Assembly (NCBI GenBank): GCA_951804945.1
Contig: OX638150.1
Span: forward strand, 50,716,001 to 50,780,000
Direction of reading: 5' to 3'
Length of the DNA stretch: 64,000 nucleotides
Source: Podarcis cretensis
Taxonomy: Eukaryota
The notes beneath the pieces are model-generated. The model saw nothing but the letters and a program-made list of their open reading frames with translations. It ran no database searches and was not told where the DNA came from. Shown here in pieces: positions 39,501 to 51,610 of this stretch. Position 1 is the stretch's first letter; every line of letters starts with the position of its first letter. Made by a program: the position numbers and the translations under genes.

Positions 39501-40527
39501 CAGTGGTACCTTGGTTCTCAAATGCCTTGGTTCCCAAACACCGAAAACCCGGAAGTGTGTGTTCCGGTTTTCAAACGTTTTTCGGAAGCTGAACATCCAA
39601 TGAGGCTGTTGGCTATTGTTTCCGGGGTGTCTACACCAATCAGAAGCTGCGCCTTGGTTTTTGAACATTTCGAAAGTCAAACAGACTTCCAGAATGGATT
39701 AAGTTTGGTGCTTTTGTTTTTGCTATTTCTTTTGTGCTTTTGAGGCTTTTTCAGTTAATTTGTTTTTATGACTGTGTGGAACCCAGTTAAGCTACTGATT
39801 GATTGATTGATTGATTGATTGTGTGACTGCAGAAATGGATAAAAGCCTCCCATCCAAACAATGACTATCATCGGTGCAGGTAAGAAAAAAATTAATTTAA
39901 ATTGTCATCATCTACAATACTGTCTTATAGGGACGCAGGTGGCGCTGTGGGTTAAAGCCTCAGCGCCTAGGACTTGCCGATCGAAAGGTCGGCGGTTCGA
40001 ATCCCTGCGGCGGGGTGCGCTCCCGCTGCTCGGTCCCAGCGCCTGCCAACCTAGCAGTTCGAAAGCACCTCCGGGTGCAAGTAGATAAATAGGGACCGCT
40101 TACCAGCGGGAAGGTAAACGGCGTTTCCGTGTGCGGCTCTGGCTCGCCAGAGCAGCGATGTCACGCTGGCCACGTGACCCGGAAGTGTCTCCGGACAGCG
40201 CTGGCCCCTGGCCTCTTAAGTGAGATGGGCGCACAACCCCAGAGTCTGTCAAGACTGGCCCGTACGGGCAGGGGTACCTTTACCTTTACCTTACAATACT
40301 GTCTTATTTATTTTATAGTACAGTACATTGATTACTGCTTTCGTTTTATAGCTCAATGGCCTTGTTAGATAGTAAAATTCATGTTAAATTGGTTGTTTTT
40401 AAAAGTCTGGAACGGATTAATCCGTTTTGCATTACTTTCTATGGGGAAGCACGCCTTGGTTTTGGAACGCTTTGGTTTTGGAATGGACTTCCAGAACGGA
40501 TTAAGTTTGAGAACCAAGGTACCATTG
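39501..40527 (+). mobile_element. Non-autonomous Tc1/mariner (Tigger/pogo-like) MITE interrupted by a SINE
   Basis: 22-bp terminal inverted repeats CAGTGGTACCTTGGTTCTCAAA and TTTGAGAACCAAGGTACCATTG (1 mismatch), with TA on both sides (39499-39500 and 40528-40529). Contains an internal (GATT)n run. Confidence 0.92.
39930..40291 (+). mobile_element. Full-length young Sauria SINE nested in the mariner-type MITE
   Basis: GGGACGCAGGTGGCGCTGTGG head, B box GGTTCGAATCC, (ACCTTT)n tail, and a 16-bp TSD TACAATACTGTCTTAT (39913-39928 and 40292-40307). CpGs are intact. Confidence 0.97.
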
Positions 40528-43500
40528 TATTTACCTGAAGTAAATACAATTTTACTCCATGCAACATAATCCACTCCTAGCGTAATTCTTTCATTTTGCT
40601 ATTAATGGCAGTTTCCCAATGGATCCTCAGTCCTACATAACTACAATTCTGAACTCTTGTACTCTGTTCCTGATTATGTTTACTCAGACATAGGTCCAAC
40701 TGATTTCAATGGGATTTGCTTTTTAGTGAACAGGCTTAGGAATGAAGCTTCACAACAAAGAAAGGTGAAGTAGCAGTACCAGTACATCTCTCTCACACAC
40801 ACAATCTGAAAGAGGATCTGAATTGTCTAACCTAGGGGGTTTACTTGCAAGAAAGTCTCCTTTCCCAGGCTGCTCATTGGCTGAACTGCAGGCAGCACAT
40901 TCATAATTTTCAGAGGCAACATGGTGGGTGGGGGGATAAGGAGGAAATGGAAAAATATCTTAATTAAAAGAAAATGGCCCTCCACTCATCTTACTGCCAA
41001 GGCTGGAGGCTCATATTTTACGTTAAGCCATCTTTTATTGCTCCCCTGAGCACCAAAATAAAAACACATAGCACTGTCCAGTCTCAACAGGAATGTAGGA
41101 GAGATATCATTTCAACATTGTCAGTGCTTTACCTCTTCCCAATATAATACACAGGGAGCTGACAAATCCTCCTACTACACACCACCTCTTACTTCATGCA
41201 TCTCTTAACAATGGTTTGGTACAGCAGTTTTGAGAGCATGCTCAGCTCCTTCAGCTTCCCAACCCAGTACGTGGAAAGTAGTAGACTTTCACTAAAATAG
41301 AGTGAAGATCTGCAACTGGCTTTGGAGCTGGGGTAGCTACTCTGTGACCCTCCAGATGTTGCAGAGCTACAACACCCATCATCACTGGTCATGATAACTG
41401 GAGAGAGTTGACAGTCCAATTGCATCCAAAGGTCAAATAGATCTGGAGGCCCTACTTTAGAGAAATACAAGCACTCCTATCTTAAATTTACAGAGCATTC
41501 ATTAAAATGTAGTCTGGGATTCTGCCAAATATATCATGATTCTGCAACACAGTAACAAGGCCTTTGCACAACATAGCCTCCGACTCCTCTTGCTTCTTAC
41601 CTATTCCTCCATCATCTAAAGCATGTGGAAAAAAACTGGTCTATGTTTAGAAATACACTAAATCATGAAATAAAGGGACCTATGAAAGGGTAGACAGCTG
41701 TGCATCACATGAATAAACACATCCGGGCCCTACTCTTGTGACAATATGAAGGTGAATTGAAAGAAACTTTAGGCCTTGAGTAACGCAATGTTCATGATCA
41801 ACTTTATTCACTCCTGGGCCAAATATTCAATGCCCCTTTCATCTCCGATGACCCGCTCTGACATATGTAGTCGACATGTATGAGTTCGTGAGATGACTGC
41901 TGAAAATCAACTACTTGTACGAAAATATTAAGATGGGATTGGCTCAATACAATCTTGGAAGTGGTGTGTTTTGGCAATGGAAAATACTGTACTCAGAATC
42001 ACCTGTTTATAAAGCTGCAGAAGAACTAATGGATCCTCCTCAGTGTTAGCAGCACTACACCATACCCCCAACAGTCCCTTCAAGCAGGTGTCACATATTC
42101 CGTAGAGAACCCAGTTTGCCAAGAATAAGGGAAAAGCCATTCATTGCCATGAATGTCTGCCACAAACAGCAGTGCCATGAGCCAACTCTGGAACTGGCTG
42201 GTTGGCTGACATTTTGAGTAGCTTAGAATGCTTCTCCGCACACCCACAACTGCCAGAAAAACCACCCTATTCTTCCAGGCAAACACAAGGAATTTAAGTG
42301 CTATAGGAGAGTTGCCACTGTGTGGATTAAAGCCACAGAATCAAAAACATGCAGGTGGATTTTCCCCACTCCAGAGCTGTTGTCTGTGGCCAGCTACCTT
42401 ATGTGAATGTGCCTTGTGCTTCGCTTTCCCCCTATGCAGCCCCATGTATTGGTTTCTAAGTCAATGTGTCTGTGACTCCCTAGAGAATAGTTGCCAGTTG
42501 ATAGACACTAATGCAGGCAGTCAAGTACAACTGCGTGCATCACTGTCCAGATTTCAAGAAGTTACATACGATATGCTTCTGGATCTATGAGTCTATGAAA
42601 CTGTCAGTCACTGTAGTTGCATACTCCAGACTATAAATATGTCATCTGTGTCAATCAGCTCTTAGCCAAAAGCTATCTGGACTATGTGCCATATTTGGTG
42701 CTTTTCTCTCAGCAGAAAGGTCTAGGAGCAAAAACTCCATTAAAACTACCCAGTATTATTCCTCTGGGGAATCATGGTTCAGAAAGGTCTGGAATGGCTG
42801 TGTCTATGGTGAAAAACTACTCCTGGCTGCTGCCTACACTGTGAATAAGCCGGGAGTCCAGTCTACACAGCTGTCTGGCACTAAATTCACACCTCTTTGA
42901 GTGGGATCTACACTGGAAAAGCAATTTAAATCAAGTTTCACTTACAATATAATGCCACACAAAAAATTTTTATTTCCAGAGATTATGTATCCTAACCTCT
43001 TGCCTTCCCATATCAACATGATTTCTGCCATACACTCAAAGCCCACACACATACAATTGGAAACAAATCCCTTTGATTGCACAAGAATACACTTCTATGT
43101 AAATCTGTGTAGAATTGTTTCCTTAGGCCACTCAAAAGGCTCATGTGGTTCATTATACCATTTCAGAATGCAAGTGAGGATGGAAAGTTCCCCACTTTGT
43201 CCAAAGTTAGTTTGTCAGGGAGAAGGCTATGAGAAAACATTGACATGCCAGCTTTTTTTTCTTTTTCTTTTTTTTTTGCAGGCAGAGCATTTTTGGAATG
43301 AGGGATATTCAAATATGCGACCCACTGCCTGCAATCTAAAGTGCTACAGTCTAGAAAGGACTCTAAATGCACAATTCTTCTGACTATATAATTCAACTTT
43401 CTGTTTCAATCCATTGATGACACTTGCCAAAGCAAATAAAGCAGTGTTAATAAAAAAGAAGCTTATCATTTCCATGTGAAATAAACATGCAAACAACAAA

Positions 43501-46229
43501 AACAAACAAGGCTACCATCATCACCCACAAATGACCAGGGTCATGTATGTTGGTCACAAATGTTGGTGTGAACAAGTCTGTGCAGCGTTTGCGCACCCCT
43601 GAGGAAGTGGTATGATGGCTTCACCAAATGCCCATTCAAGACTGTAAAACTTGAATCAGGTGAGAACTATCCTACCACTCCTCTTCTCTCCATTACGCCA
43701 CTGAGGTTCACAAGACAGTGGAAGCACAGCAGGGCAAAATATAGAGTTCACCTCTTCAAACAGAGTGTGCTGGCCAGGTACTCAATGGACACTTGCATGT
43801 TGTTATACCAAGAAACATCTCCCTTATACTGTCAAGGAAAACAATACCCATGCTTTTGCCCTATTTAATGGGTAGAGAAACGGGCATTCGAAGCAATAGC
43901 TCTTGTCAGCCAAAAGGATCATTATGCAGATCTATGAAATAGATGGAAGTATGCATGTGTCTGAAAGAAGACAAACCATTTTGTTTTGGTCAATAACTGT
44001 TTGCATCTCCAACCATTAATTAATTGAGCTGTTAACAAGATGCTGAGAAAATCAAGAGGAAATATTGCCCCGGGAAGCTTGAAGCCAGCGGCCTGTGTTA
44101 TCATGATGGTTATTTTTCCTTCAACAAATGAAAAACAGAAAAGTCGAACTGCTTTCTTGCTCTTCTACAGAGGCAGAAAAGTATATGCTAGTAATTCCTG
44201 ATACCTTCCAATGCCTGGTGAATTAACAACAATGGCCACAAACTTGAAATGAGTAGCTCAGAATGCATCATGCTGCCTTGCACATAAATCATACATTTCA
44301 TACTGCTGCACAATAACTCCATTTTGATGAAAAATCAGACTGCAGAAGAAAAGGCCTTTAATCTCTATCTGTTGCAATGCAGTCATTTTGTGAAACATCA
44401 TTTCCCTCAATACATAACAGCTATCAATGTGAATATAAAACCAAGGCAAATCAGGTTAACATTTCATTGCACCTTTTTCTCAAGATGCCTTTACTTGTGC
44501 TTGGACCGGGCTCTGGTTCACCTGTACTATGAAATTCATAGCATCATGACACGAATTTCTGCAATGCTGCTGCAAAGAGAGGAAGGGGGAAGGGGGTTCT
44601 CCATAATATATGATGACAAAAGCTGAAATCCTTCAGGGTCTCTGAAAGAAATGGATAATATTCATTATCCCATAGCCTCCTGACATTTTAGCCTCTTAAG
44701 AATAATCTGATCCTGTGCTGGAACATAGGGGGCTTTGCAGAATCAGCTTTCAGATTTCATTGAGAACTCAGCAGCCCAGCTGTAAGAAGAGGCTAGCACT
44801 GTAGAGTAGTAATGGGGAGAGACGTCAGAGGCAAGCCTAGGAACCACCTCCCGCTTATAGTTACAAAAGAAGCATGTGACAGAAGCCAAGGCTGGAGCCT
44901 TCACTGCTGTTTCATCAGAGGTTAAGGTAGAAGTACAAAGCACACTTACAACTTTTTCCTTTTCAGGGCAATCACATGCCACTCTGATTTACTCCAGACT
45001 TTAACCCTCACACACATGCAGAGGAGAAAGTGTAATCCAAAGATTAATGCACTTCCAACCAATACAGTGGGACTAACAGCAGCAAGCAAAGATCAGCCCA
45101 CCACAAGTATTATGAATGTAATCAATTTCTATATCATATATTAGCAACAATGCTGCCTATGTATGGATAGCTGCTCACACAACAGAGTTGGTGAAGATAT
45201 TTCTGGACATTTTCACTCGCGTGTCTATTCATGCCCAATACACAAGGGCATGCCTCCCTCCAATTACATTTGTAAATATTTTTTATGAGGCAAGATGTCT
45301 CACTTCTCCTGACCCCCACAAAGTAGGCAATACTTTAGTTTCTGCTTTTTCAATATGGAGAAATATATAGAAAGGCAACCAGAGTATTTGATACACTCCC
45401 CATAATACTTTTATCCCAAAGGTTTCTTCCCCACTCCTCTCAAAAGCAAACAAGTGTTTTATTGATCCAGCAGAGTTTCCTAATCCACCCCCCCCAACAT
45501 CCCATAAATAATTTTTTGCACGGTTGTGGTGGAGCAGACATACCCTGCTTACAAAATATTCTGCCCTTAGTTCTTTAAACAAGCTGTCAGCATCTCCTAC
45601 TTGATTCTCTGAAAAATTCCCCTTGCCAACATGTCCCATGACAAACCGGTAAGCTCTAGCACTGGCTCTGGAACGGAGGTGCTCAGACTACACGAGTCTG
45701 GGCTGGAGCAGGTCCAGCCTAGTTCTGTCTGGCACATAAACACACAAGACGCTAGGGACAAATCAGGATGATCGAGAGCAGGGCACCGCTGCTTGTTTGG
45801 AGCCCAAACACAGCAGACTTCGCTCTGTTCTCCTAGAAGCAAGTAAATGAATAAACTCAAGGGAGTGGGGGAGGAATGTGCCATGTCCCAAATCAAAGCC
45901 GTTTAGTAATCTCTGTTTATGAGGAGAGAGCAAAACGAAAAACGGGAGGGCAACGGGAGGTACTGGAATCGTAACCATGGAAAACTCTTTGCGATTGCAA
46001 CAGGCTCCTGGGTTGAGAGATGCATATCGCAGCATATCGGCTCCACAGTCCCCCACTCACTCCTCCCCATGGAAAAGAATGCAGCCGGCTGCCTTTCCAG
46101 CAGGCACCCGCTCGTGATCAGCCGACGGCTGCCAAGAAACCCTTAATCTGATTTTAACATGTAGCCCAGTCCAAAGAGAGAGAGATCTGCAAAGTTGCTT
46201 ATTTGTAGCAACTCAGACCCCCCCTCCAT

Positions 46230-48620
46230 TCCAGCGCGCGCGCGCGCTTCTTCTCTCGCCCCCTCTCCAAAGCTGCAGGTATATAGCGAGCAGCCCGCAT
46301 GACTCACGCGCACAACCAAGAAATTAGAGCTCCCACCAGAAAATCTCTAGGACACCGCGACGAGTGGGGGTGGGGGGAATCCAGCACCCATTTATTCCAG
46401 CTGCCCCACAGTCAAGCTGAACTGCTGCCAGTCCTGCCTTCATACATTGTAGAAAGGGGAGGAAAGCAACAGCCGCGTTTCCAGAGTGGAGGAATGCCTG
46501 GAGGAAGAGGGGGGTGTGAATTAAATACACACTGGGAAGAATAACGGCTCTATTTACTGTCCCGTCCATTGCACCCCAACCTCTCTCATCCTAACAACAT
46601 CCAGGAGAAAAAGATAACCCCGAAGAGAGAATTGTAGGCAGATTCTTTATTTTTATTTTGCGGAGAGGGGAGAGAGGCTCTGCAGCTCCAACCGGGAGAC
46701 GCTGCAAAAGCAAGGCAGCTCGCTTGTTATCTGGGGCAGCGGCAGAGCAGCGTGACCCACTAGTCCACGTGCGAGTGGTGCTGAAAAGTGTTCGGGCTAC
46801 TCGAGTTTCTTCTGCTCGTTCCCCAGCAATAAGCGGGGGTTGGGGTGGGCTACCCGCAACCGAAGCTTCGCCGTAGGAACACACTACGTCTTCCTTCCGC
46901 CGGATCCTCTGTAAGTGCTGCATGGAGAGGAGCAGCACACGCCGGCCTCCAGGGCAGTCGGCTGCTTTTGCTACTCAGCCGGGGCTGTGCTCCGTCTGCA
47001 CAAGCATGCAAGCTCCCTCCCCACGCTCCTCCATTCTGTCTGGTGTCTGGAGGAATCCCGGCTCATAGAGCCGCACAGATCCAGGCTCCGCGCCCTGGAA
47101 TCTGTCAGAACAGCCGTGCATCTAGCTCTCTTCCATTTTCCGCTGTCGGGGCATGAAGAGGAACAAGGAAGGGATCCGCTACAGAGAAATCAAAAGTCCT
47201 TACACACACGCACTTCCCGCTCACTGAAATATGCAAGGTGCCTCGTAGATCTAAGTAGACTATAATAATGCTTCTCCCGCCCGCCTCCCCACTCCTGGGC
47301 ACGGCTGTTCTGTGGGGTCTTATGCCCCAGGCTTCCAAGTTGGGTCTGAGCGCGCGCGCAAACACACACACACACACACCGGTTCCTTCCCGGAGCCCTA
47401 AATTCTATGCAGAGGGGATGCGGCGTCCTTGTGAGCCCCAAACACAAGTGCATGTCAGAACGGAAATCCTTGCGTTCCGAGCTCCCCAGTACATGACGGG
47501 TCTGGGTCCCGCACCCCCCATATTTCGTGGTGCATGACAGATCCGGGATCCATACCCCCCCCCCCGCGATTCCTCGACATATAACAGATCTGAGTCCCAT
47601 TTACACGGCATTCCTGGGGGGGGGGCAGATGCCGGTGCACGGTGGCTCTGGGGTCCCTGCACGCCGAGACCCCAGTCTCCCTCCGCTCCAGACTCAGCGC
47701 CCCCCGGTCCCCGTCCCCGCCGTGCACGGGAGCCCCCGCTGCCCCTGTTCGGAGCCTGCGAGAACCAGAGGTGCCGGGCGGGCGGGCATGCGCCTGGAGG
47801 AGGCTGGGCTGCAGCGCCCGGAGCCCGTACCTGGCTGTCGGTGAGATAGTTGAAGACGAAGGAGGAGAGCTCTTCGTCCAGAAGCGCGCTGCAGTCCGGC
47901 CCCGGCTCCGCCATCTTCCAGCTCCTCCGGCAACGGCACGAAACAGCATGCGGCAACAGCCACCACGAGCAGCAGTCAGGAGCCGGGCGGCGGGGCGGGG
48001 CCTGGAGCCCGCCGGTTGGGACTGGGAGGAGCCCCGGCAGCGGGAGGCTCGCCTGGGTTGGGCTTCGGCGGAGGCGCGGCGCAGGAAGAGGAGGGGAGCG
48101 GCCGCCGCCGCCGCCGCTTTGGCGGGCTTCGTTCTGGGAGAGACGCCGAGAGGGAGGAAGGGTTCGCGCGGCCCGCGCTTTCCGGGCCCAGAGACGCGCG
48201 CGCAAGTGAGGCGGTGCGTTGAGCTCGCTTAAAAGGCTCTTCGCCCCCCGTGACCTGTATTAAGCATTAAGCAGCGAAGGCCTTTCCGTTTACATTTTGG
48301 TCGGTGGCGGGGGGTGTGGGGGGGGTCTTCATTTCTATATCCTTCTTCCCTCAGCCCTCACTTCTAAAAGGAGACGTGGCGGGGCTTAAACCACGAATCA
48401 TGCTACCTGATCCGGAGCTTGTGGTGGTTACCTGTTGCTGGAGGGGGGGGGGGAATTCTGCGCATGCTCCCCACCACCAAAGAAAACTCGCTCCCGTTTC
48501 TTACTGCTTCGTGTATTCCAGAGTACAGCTGTAATTGGCGCGGAGAGAAACTCGAGGAGGAGAACACCCCCCCGCCCTTTTACCTCAGTTTCCCCTTCAG
48601 GCTCATTCAGTGTGCGGCTT
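46230..48620. promoter_or_regulatory. CpG island / PPARGC1B promoter, 5'UTR and proximal intron 1
   Basis: Sharp rise in GC and CpG density against a CpG-depleted background. Contains GC boxes (GGGCGGCGGGGCGGGG, about 47984-48000), a (GCC)5 run at 48101-48117, a YY1-type CCGCCATCTT at 47908-47917 over the start codon, and NRF1-like GCATGCGC (about 47786) and TGCGCATGCT (about 48459). Confidence 0.9.
47831..47914 (-). CDS. PPARGC1B: PPARG coactivator 1-beta (PGC-1beta), first coding exon (28 codons, phase-0 donor)
   Basis: Minus strand reads GGAAG-ATG-GCG (strong Kozak context) and encodes [28 protein letters not shown], followed directly by the donor CAG|GTACGG at 47830. The peptide matches the known PGC-1beta N-terminus (mammalian [26 protein letters not shown], from memory) and ends at the same exon boundary. 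It sits in a CpG island. Confidence 0.95.
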
Positions 48621-49589
48621 TTAAAGTGCTGCCCCTTCTCAAGGACTTCCTTTGGCATCCCCCTCCCCCTTTTGACTTGACAGAAATAAGGGGGCAGAAA
48701 TAATGCTATGCTGTATAACTACGTTAATGGCGCTTTGGCAGTTTGAGGTTCTTTTTCGTCAACATTTCCTTCACTTTGGCTGAACAGGTCGGCTCAGCAT
48801 GCACATTCAAATATTAAAGCCTTTGCTTGGTTCTTGCAACCCCTTGCCAGCCCCCCCCCCCCCCAGATGAGGTAGTAATCCCCACCTACGCACCAGAGAT
48901 GTGGGAGCTAAACCAACCAATCTACTCTTCCAAGTGGGGGTTCGCTCACTTGGACAGGAGCAAGCATCTGTTACTCAGGGTAAGTCAAAAGCAATCAGGT
49001 GTGATATTAGCCGGCTTGCTGTGCGGTATGAACAGAAGAGCTCCATGTTCATGGGGAAATGGAACATTTGGGTAGACCTGCTGGGCACATTGTTCTCGAA
49101 GTTGATGTGAAAGCTAAATCTGCAGGTAATGCTGCTCTACAGACTCTCCCATTACCTCAGCACAATGCCTTCTGCCCACCCACCCCACTTCCCGGCCTGC
49201 TAACTCCTTTTGAAAGGCTTGCCGATCTGACACATTGTGGTTCTTAGGTGTGGAATTTGCACAGCAGCTGTCATTCGCTCCTCTCAATCAATATGTTAGA
49301 CAAGAACATGAAAAGAGAACACAATGGTCAAAGAGAGAGAGAAATCATACGTGCAGCCAGCCAGCAGCCACTCCACTGAACGGTGCAAAACATGTAATTT
49401 GAATGTCCTGGACCAGGGATCGACAGGTTTCAAGCTTGTCTGATATGTTTTGTTTTGTTTTGTTTTGTTCTAGAACTCCAGGATCTATCAGCCAGAGCCA
49501 GGTGCAAAAGACATAGATTTAGAATTAAAAACAAACAACTGAGTGCCTCTAAACCTTACAGATTTGTTTACAGAAACAAAATTGAACCA

Positions 49590-50110
49590 AGGCAACATGA
49601 TAGACGTGGCGTGGAGAAAGTTGATAAAGAAAAGAAATCTGTCTCATAACATTAGAACTCATGGGCATCCAATGAAATTGAAAGTTGGGAGATTCAGGAC
49701 AGACAAAAGAACATACAGGCAACAACCATTTTACACTTGTTCAGCAGGCATGCATCGCTGCAATCCAGAAGTGGCCGGGAAAGGGGGCAGGACGAGGTGG
49801 GCTTCCAACCTCTCCACCAATATGCGGGGGTTGCCTGTAGTTGAACTTTAGAATTCACTCTGACTAAAGGCAGTGGTGGGTGGCCACCAAGTTGGGCGAT
49901 TTTAAAAGAGGATTAAACTTCATGGAGGTTATAGCAGTGGCTCCCATCTCTGCTGTTGGAAGCAGTATGCTTCTGAATACAGCTGCTGGAAACTGCAGGA
50001 GGCAAGAGTGTTCTTTCGCTTGGTGCTGCTTATGGGTTTTCCATAGGTGTCTGGTTGGCCACTGTGAGAACAGGATGCTGGACTAGGTGGGCCACTTGCC
50101 TGATGCATCT
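49590..50110 (+). mobile_element. CR1 LINE 3' fragment (ORF2 C-terminus and 3'UTR) interrupted by an insertion of about 130 bp
   Basis: The translated stretch RTHGHPMKLKVGRFRTDKR is typical of the CR1 ORF2 end. The UTR contains ggccactgtgagaacaggatgctggacta. Confidence 0.8.
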
Positions 50111-50344
50111 GCCTCTTTTGCGCTCACAGTCCTTTCATCCAAGTCCATTCATATTTGTAGCCTAATTTAGGAGGAAAGGGTTTTTCCTTGCTCTTGGACA
50201 ACTAAGAGTTGGAAACGCTTACTGATGTACAGCAAATCACTCAGAGATCTAACAGGAGACCTGCATCTACCTTCTCCCCGGCCTTGTCCTGGAATATGGC
50301 ATTTCAGTAGCCTCAGAACTGAGCTATACTACTCAATGCTATAT

Positions 50345-50690
50345 CATTATTTATTTCTTATATTTTTCCCTTCCCTTCTCCCCATAGGAGCTAAGGGCAG
50401 CAAACAACAAAGTAGTAAACAACACCATTAAAAACAAAATAATAACCTGGTTTTTTTAAAAAAATAATAATACTAAAAACAATTTAAAATATTTTAAAAA
50501 TAGTTGCATACCCTCTGAGCTAATACTTTTAAGGTTACTAGGAACAGTATTAGCCACAAAATGCTTGTGTGAAAAGGAATGTTTTAAAATCCTGCAGTAA
50601 TGCTAACCATGAGGGAGGCAGATGCATCTGACCAGGGAAGGCATTCCACAAACAGGAAACCACCACTGAGAAGGCTCTGTCATGGGTCCT
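50345..50690 (-). mobile_element. L2 LINE 3' fragment
   Basis: The minus-strand peptide DRAFSVVVSCLWNAFP...FKTFLFTQAF matches the L2 ORF2 C-terminal pattern RAFSxxAPxLWNxLP...LKTxLFxxAF. Followed by an aaataaataa tail. Confidence 0.8.
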
Positions 50691-51378
50691 CATCACCGTC
50701 CGGGCAGCTATGTGAACTAGCATAGGATAGCAGCTGAGAGACTTCAGCCGATTCAGATCTCTCTTTGACCAAGACCTCTCTAGGACTGCAATGCTACACT
50801 CACTTAATCTGGAGATAGTCACATTTAAATTCTTGGGACTTCTTCCTGTTCTCACTCCCGGGTGCACCCAGCTTTATTCACTCTTTATTCCAGTGGCCCA
50901 TAGGTCTTGTTTCCAGGCCAACCTCCCCAAGGAAGGGAAAGAATGCTGGCTCATATTTACTCCTGCACGAAAAGTGGTGGTGGTAAAGGAGAATCCACCA
51001 CAGGTACAGGAAAACATAATTAATTGAGCAGGTGTTTGTTTTTATTCCTGCTGCTATAAAATTACAATGAGGAATTCAGAAGAACTTGGTTGAATGCTTG
51101 GTAAGGATATATGCATATATATTCTTCCTGCTTTTACTAATGAAAAGGCTATTAAGTTAAATATACAGTCTTAAGGTCATTCTCCAAAAGAGGTCAAGTT
51201 TAGAAAATGTATTTTACTGGTTTAAAGTTTCTTGAAGAGCATAACTAGAAATGTGTGCATACTGAATTTATTTTCTTCTTTTAAATAATGATTAACACAT
51301 TTTTCTTTTCTTTCTTCCTGCACCCATGGACATTCTTTTCCCCTTTTTGTGCTTTTCTGTTTTCTCTTTTTGCATATA

Positions 51379-51610
51379 CAGTGGTACCTCGGGTTAAGTA
51401 CTTAATTCGTTCCGGAGGCCCGTTCTTAACCTGAAACTGTTCTTAACCTGAAGCACCACTTTAGCTAATGGGGCCTCCGTGCCACCGGAGCACAATTTCT
51501 GTTCTCATCCTGAAGCAAAGTTCTTAACCTAAGGTAATATTTCTGGGTTAGTGGAGACTGTAACCTGAAGCGTATGTAACCTGAGGAGTATGTAGCCCGA
51601 GGTACCACTA
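51379..51610 (+). mobile_element. Tc1/mariner (Tigger-like) MITE
   Basis: TA|CAGTGGTACCTCGGG...CCCGAGGTACCACT termini and internal taacctga repeats. Shares the CAGTGGTACCT terminus with the element at 39501. Confidence 0.85.

Larger units (their letters stand above)
1..47830 (-). other. PPARGC1B: PPARGC1B intron 1 (continues beyond the window start)
   Basis: GT donor at 47830. I found no exon-2-like peptide (DFPExDLSQLDASDFDS) in the minus-strand frames. Intron 1 of this gene is known to be very long in other vertebrates. Confidence 0.75.

Noticed and set aside
1-47000. PPARGC1B exon 2 or other coding exons in the intron
   Set aside because: No recognisable PGC-1 peptide in the ORF track or by eye. 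It probably lies beyond the window start, although a short exon or one inside the N gap cannot be excluded.
44000-47830. miR-378 hairpin, expected because mammalian PPARGC1B intron 1 hosts it a few kb downstream of exon 1
   Set aside because: I found no match by eye to ACUGGACUUGGAGUCAGAAGG or CUCCUGACUCCAGGUCCUGUGU on either strand. The small hairpins at about 45680-45720 are too short and unrelated. This fits the miRNA being mammal-specific. An Infernal or BLAST search would settle it.
47405-48232. Long overlapping ORFs (266, 196, 164 aa) in the CpG island
   Set aside because: Stop-poor GC-rich DNA produces these frames. Only the 28-codon PPARGC1B segment has homology and splice support. 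The 266-aa frame starts at a non-ATG codon and runs through the donor.
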